Positions 60,767 through 64,000 of a stretch of DNA of 64,000 nucleotides are shown in pieces. The notes beneath the pieces are model-generated. The model saw nothing but the letters and a program-made list of their open reading frames with translations, did not search any database and was not told the DNA's origin. The stretch is from the human T2T-CHM13v2.0 reference genome, Homo sapiens, in assembly GCF_009914755.1 (NCBI RefSeq), contig NC_060940.1; one strand, 5' to 3'. A program made the position numbers and the translations under genes. Position 1 is the first letter of the stretch. Every line of letters begins with the position of its first letter.

Positions 60767-62169
60767 TTACACTAGCATCCACTCTTACCCTACCTGTAGG
60801 AAGTACCGTGTTGCTCACGGGTGACCCCAGGAGGCTTACCTTTCTGTTTTGTTTGTGAAAGTTTCTCCCCCATTTTGCTTGTGCTTCCAGAGCAATGATG
60901 CTAGATGTTGGCTCACTTTGGAAACACTCCCTTCCTACAACATAAATGTGTGTATGTGTGTGCATGCATGCGTGTGTGTGTTGAACTGAGTTACTTATGA
61001 GCTGGGCTTCTGCAAAACCTGATAATCAAGGGACTCTGTTTCCATTCAGAAATAGCTGTTTTTGACAGAGAAGGAAAATTCACAGATTTTTCCATATTCG
61101 GGGATTATCTAGAATATGATTCCCCTCAAATGGCCCATCTTTTTATCCTCAACAATCATAGGATCTGTGACACGTGAAGAATAAGTGTTATCTGGTTGGT
61201 GGGTACCAGCAGTGGTGCTGGTAGGACCAAAGGGGAAGAGATTCTGTCCAGGAGTCTCCTTGACTGGTCAGTCCTACCTGGGTCCAGAAAGTTGATAGCC
61301 ACGATCCCCATTATGATCCCTGTTAAAATCCCCATGCCATGGGGATGTGTTATAAGCACACATGCAAGATGCATTACAAACCTGATCCTAAAGCCCCACA
61401 ACTGCCTGATAAGGTAACAGCATTATCCCAGTTCTTCGCCTAAGGAAACTGGAGTCTAGTGACCACACCTTTTTTTGGTTCCCTGACTTAGAACCTCTTA
61501 AATATTCCCTCAAGGTGTGTTTGAATTTGTTGCTTTGTAAAGGCAACAAAGCAGGAGTTAAGGGAAACCAAAGCCATACCTTGGAAGGACCAAGGTATGG
61601 GGTTAATAAAACACGGATGTTTCATCATCCAGGCATGTAAATTACACATGTCTGGCCGTGTGTTCTCAGAGTCACATGTGTATTTTACATGCAAGAACAA
61701 GCCAGTGGGTGGTCTCGAGGCAGAACAACTCCCAGGAGAACTTTCCATATGGACTGTTTTGGAGACTTAAGGGTCACTTTGATTCAACGCAAGTTTGTGT
61801 GATGCAGTGATTTTAGAAACTGTAGCAAGAAGGTAAGGCTTCATGGTAGTTAATGCAGAGGCATCACCGTGACTTGCCAGAATCCTTCCTGGGTGGTGTC
61901 CATGGTTCCTGCCACCCCTCCTCCCTCCCAGAAGTCCCAGGCTTAGTCTGAATGCTCAGTCTTTCTGCAGCTGCCCAGAGTGGTCAGTGAGTTACACTGG
62001 AGGCTTCAACCACTGGGTTTCCATAGACATGGAAATTTCCATTCATGGTTTCTACTGACACCGACCCCCTGGGAATGCTGAAAACACTAGAACACAGCTC
62101 TTGATTCGCTCAGATTTTCTTATTTAAGACAAAGAAAATTTCTTGTGCAAAAATCGAGTCAGTATCATT

Positions 62170-62375
62170 CTATCTTTATTCTCTATTCTCTCTCTCCCTC
62201 TCCCCATCTCTGTCTCCTGTCTTTATTTTCTTCCTTATCTATCCCCCTTTTTCTCTTTCCCTCGCTGTTTCTTTCTTCTTCCTTTGTTTGTCTCTTTTCC
62301 TAACTTTTTTGCATATGTAGCTGTGTCTTTTCCTGCCTTCTTTTTCTGCACTCTATCCCCAGCTCTCTAGCTTCC
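62170..62375. repeat. Pyrimidine (CT)-rich low-complexity tract
   Basis: About 200 bp strongly enriched in C/T on the + strand. Confidence 0.75.
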
Positions 62376-64000
62376 CCGCAACACACATACACCACCTACT
62401 ATGCTATCTGGCAATTCCCACTGGGGAACTGTGGCAAGACATCTTATCACTGGGGAAGGAAATTCAAGCTGAAAGAATTCACCTTTTTACTTAAAATTTC
62501 TTAACTCTGTGACTATTCCTGTTTTCTACTTATGAAGTCCAGCCTCCTCGCCCCCCATTCCCCTCAGGTGTGGCAGTGAGGTTAAAGTGGCCACACGCTG
62601 CTGTTGGAGTGAGCCTTCCTGCTCCATGTGGGTTCTATAAAATGTGCCCTTGGCACCTGTTCAATCAGACCCAATGAGGATTTTGGAACAGTATGTTTTC
62701 TACTGTAATTACATCTCAACAGTGACCATTTATATTATTCCTTGATTGCAAATAAATTTACAGTGCTTATTTTTGTGCTCCCTACCTTCATTGCATTTTT
62801 CAATATATTTAATACACTTTAATCACACAATGGGAGGTGAGGAAATACGGGCCCCTCTTGTGAAGGGAACGAGAGGGTGGTTGGGCTCAGAGCTGCTTTT
62901 TCTTTGTTACACATGTTGTGGTTGTTTTCTAATTGGAGAGTCATGAACATGTTTATGGACCTGCAAGGAGAAATAAGTTGATGTGCAGGGAAGGAGGGCA
63001 GGAAGGGGTAAGGCACTGAGGAGTACATAGCGGGTGGGAGCCAGGGACTGGAGTTCACTTTGAGCAGCAAGGAAGATAGCCTCCTGCAGCCAGGGGAAGG
63101 AGGCAAGAAAGAGGCAAAGGGAGGGGGCCTGTGGGTTTCCAGGTTGGGGATGCTGAACACGGAGAGCACCTGCCTTCTCGCACTCTTCCCCTGTGGGTCA
63201 AGCAGCAAGGTCTGCTGCTGAGAGAAGCAGGGGTCTAGAGCCCACTTTGCAGCTTTGCTGAAGCACCCAGCCACCTGAGGACCTGATTCAAAAGGTGGGC
63301 CCAGGTTGTACCTTTCTAACCAGCTCACAGCTAAGCTGGTCCAAAGCCCACACTTTGCATAGGGAGGGGAAAATGGACGACATGCCATTTTTTCTTCATT
63401 GTCAAGTAAGCTGGAGTCTGAACACGTTCTAATTGGACAAAATGGAAAATGCCGTGTTTTAATTTTCTGAGGCCCATTGAGACAGCCCCAAGGGTGACAC
63501 AGCTGCCTCCTTTCAAGCCTCTGCTCCTTTGTAGGTTGATGGAACTTGACCCTGGCTGTAGGACCAGAATCAATTTGTTGCACCTGCATCCACTTGGCAC
63601 CCACAGGTATAAAATGTATTTATTGAAAAGCAGCAGGAAGTACAGAAAGCAGGAAAAAAAATACCTTTCTTCTTTTATAAAAGGGATTATCAGCTGCTAA
63701 TTCAAAAATTGTAGGGTAATGAAAACTACATCAATAATTTTCATAATAATTATAGTCTTTGGTTTTACCCTTGAATGTTTTTCTGGCAACATCTGATTCA
63801 ATTACCCCAGAAAATGTTACTATGCTCTTCCAGCATTTTCCTATGAGGTTTGAATCTATGACCAAATAAGTGATAACTCTTGTCCTAGGGGAGCTTGTGG
63901 GCTGCCGTACACAGGCAACTGTCATGTAGGGAGACCTGACACACACATCTTAGCTGGATTAGTGGTTCTCAACCCCAGAGGGTTTTCCACACCCCGCTGG

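Noticed and set aside
62819-63604. 261-aa minus-strand ORF
   Set aside because: Non-ATG start, no recognisable domain, partly overlaps a MER5-like remnant; plausible by chance in 64 kb.

Overview
Mammalian (human) genomic DNA: about 64 kb of the very large CDH13 (T-cadherin/H-cadherin) gene on the + strand. It contains one coding exon (15566-15706, 141 nt, probably exon 8); the rest is intron. The introns are dense in interspersed repeats: about 17 Alus, MIR/L2, old L1, MaLR and ERV1 solo LTRs, and MER DNA transposons. The main features are (i) a full-length human-specific L1HS Ta-1d (50698-56741) in sense to CDH13, with intact ORF2, ORF1 broken by reciprocal +1/-1 frameshifts and ORF0 truncated by a nonsense change; (ii) three antisense ERV1 solo LTRs (MER41A, MER4A, MER41B) within 6 kb, the MER41B retaining tandem STAT GAS motifs and carrying a near-consensus AluYb8; (iii) an old ~90-bp local duplication lodged in an L2 remnant. 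I see no evidence for a novel multi-gene system, and nearly all short ORFs in the track are repeat-derived or chance. Repeat family names come from recalled consensus sequences, and boundaries of old repeats are approximate.
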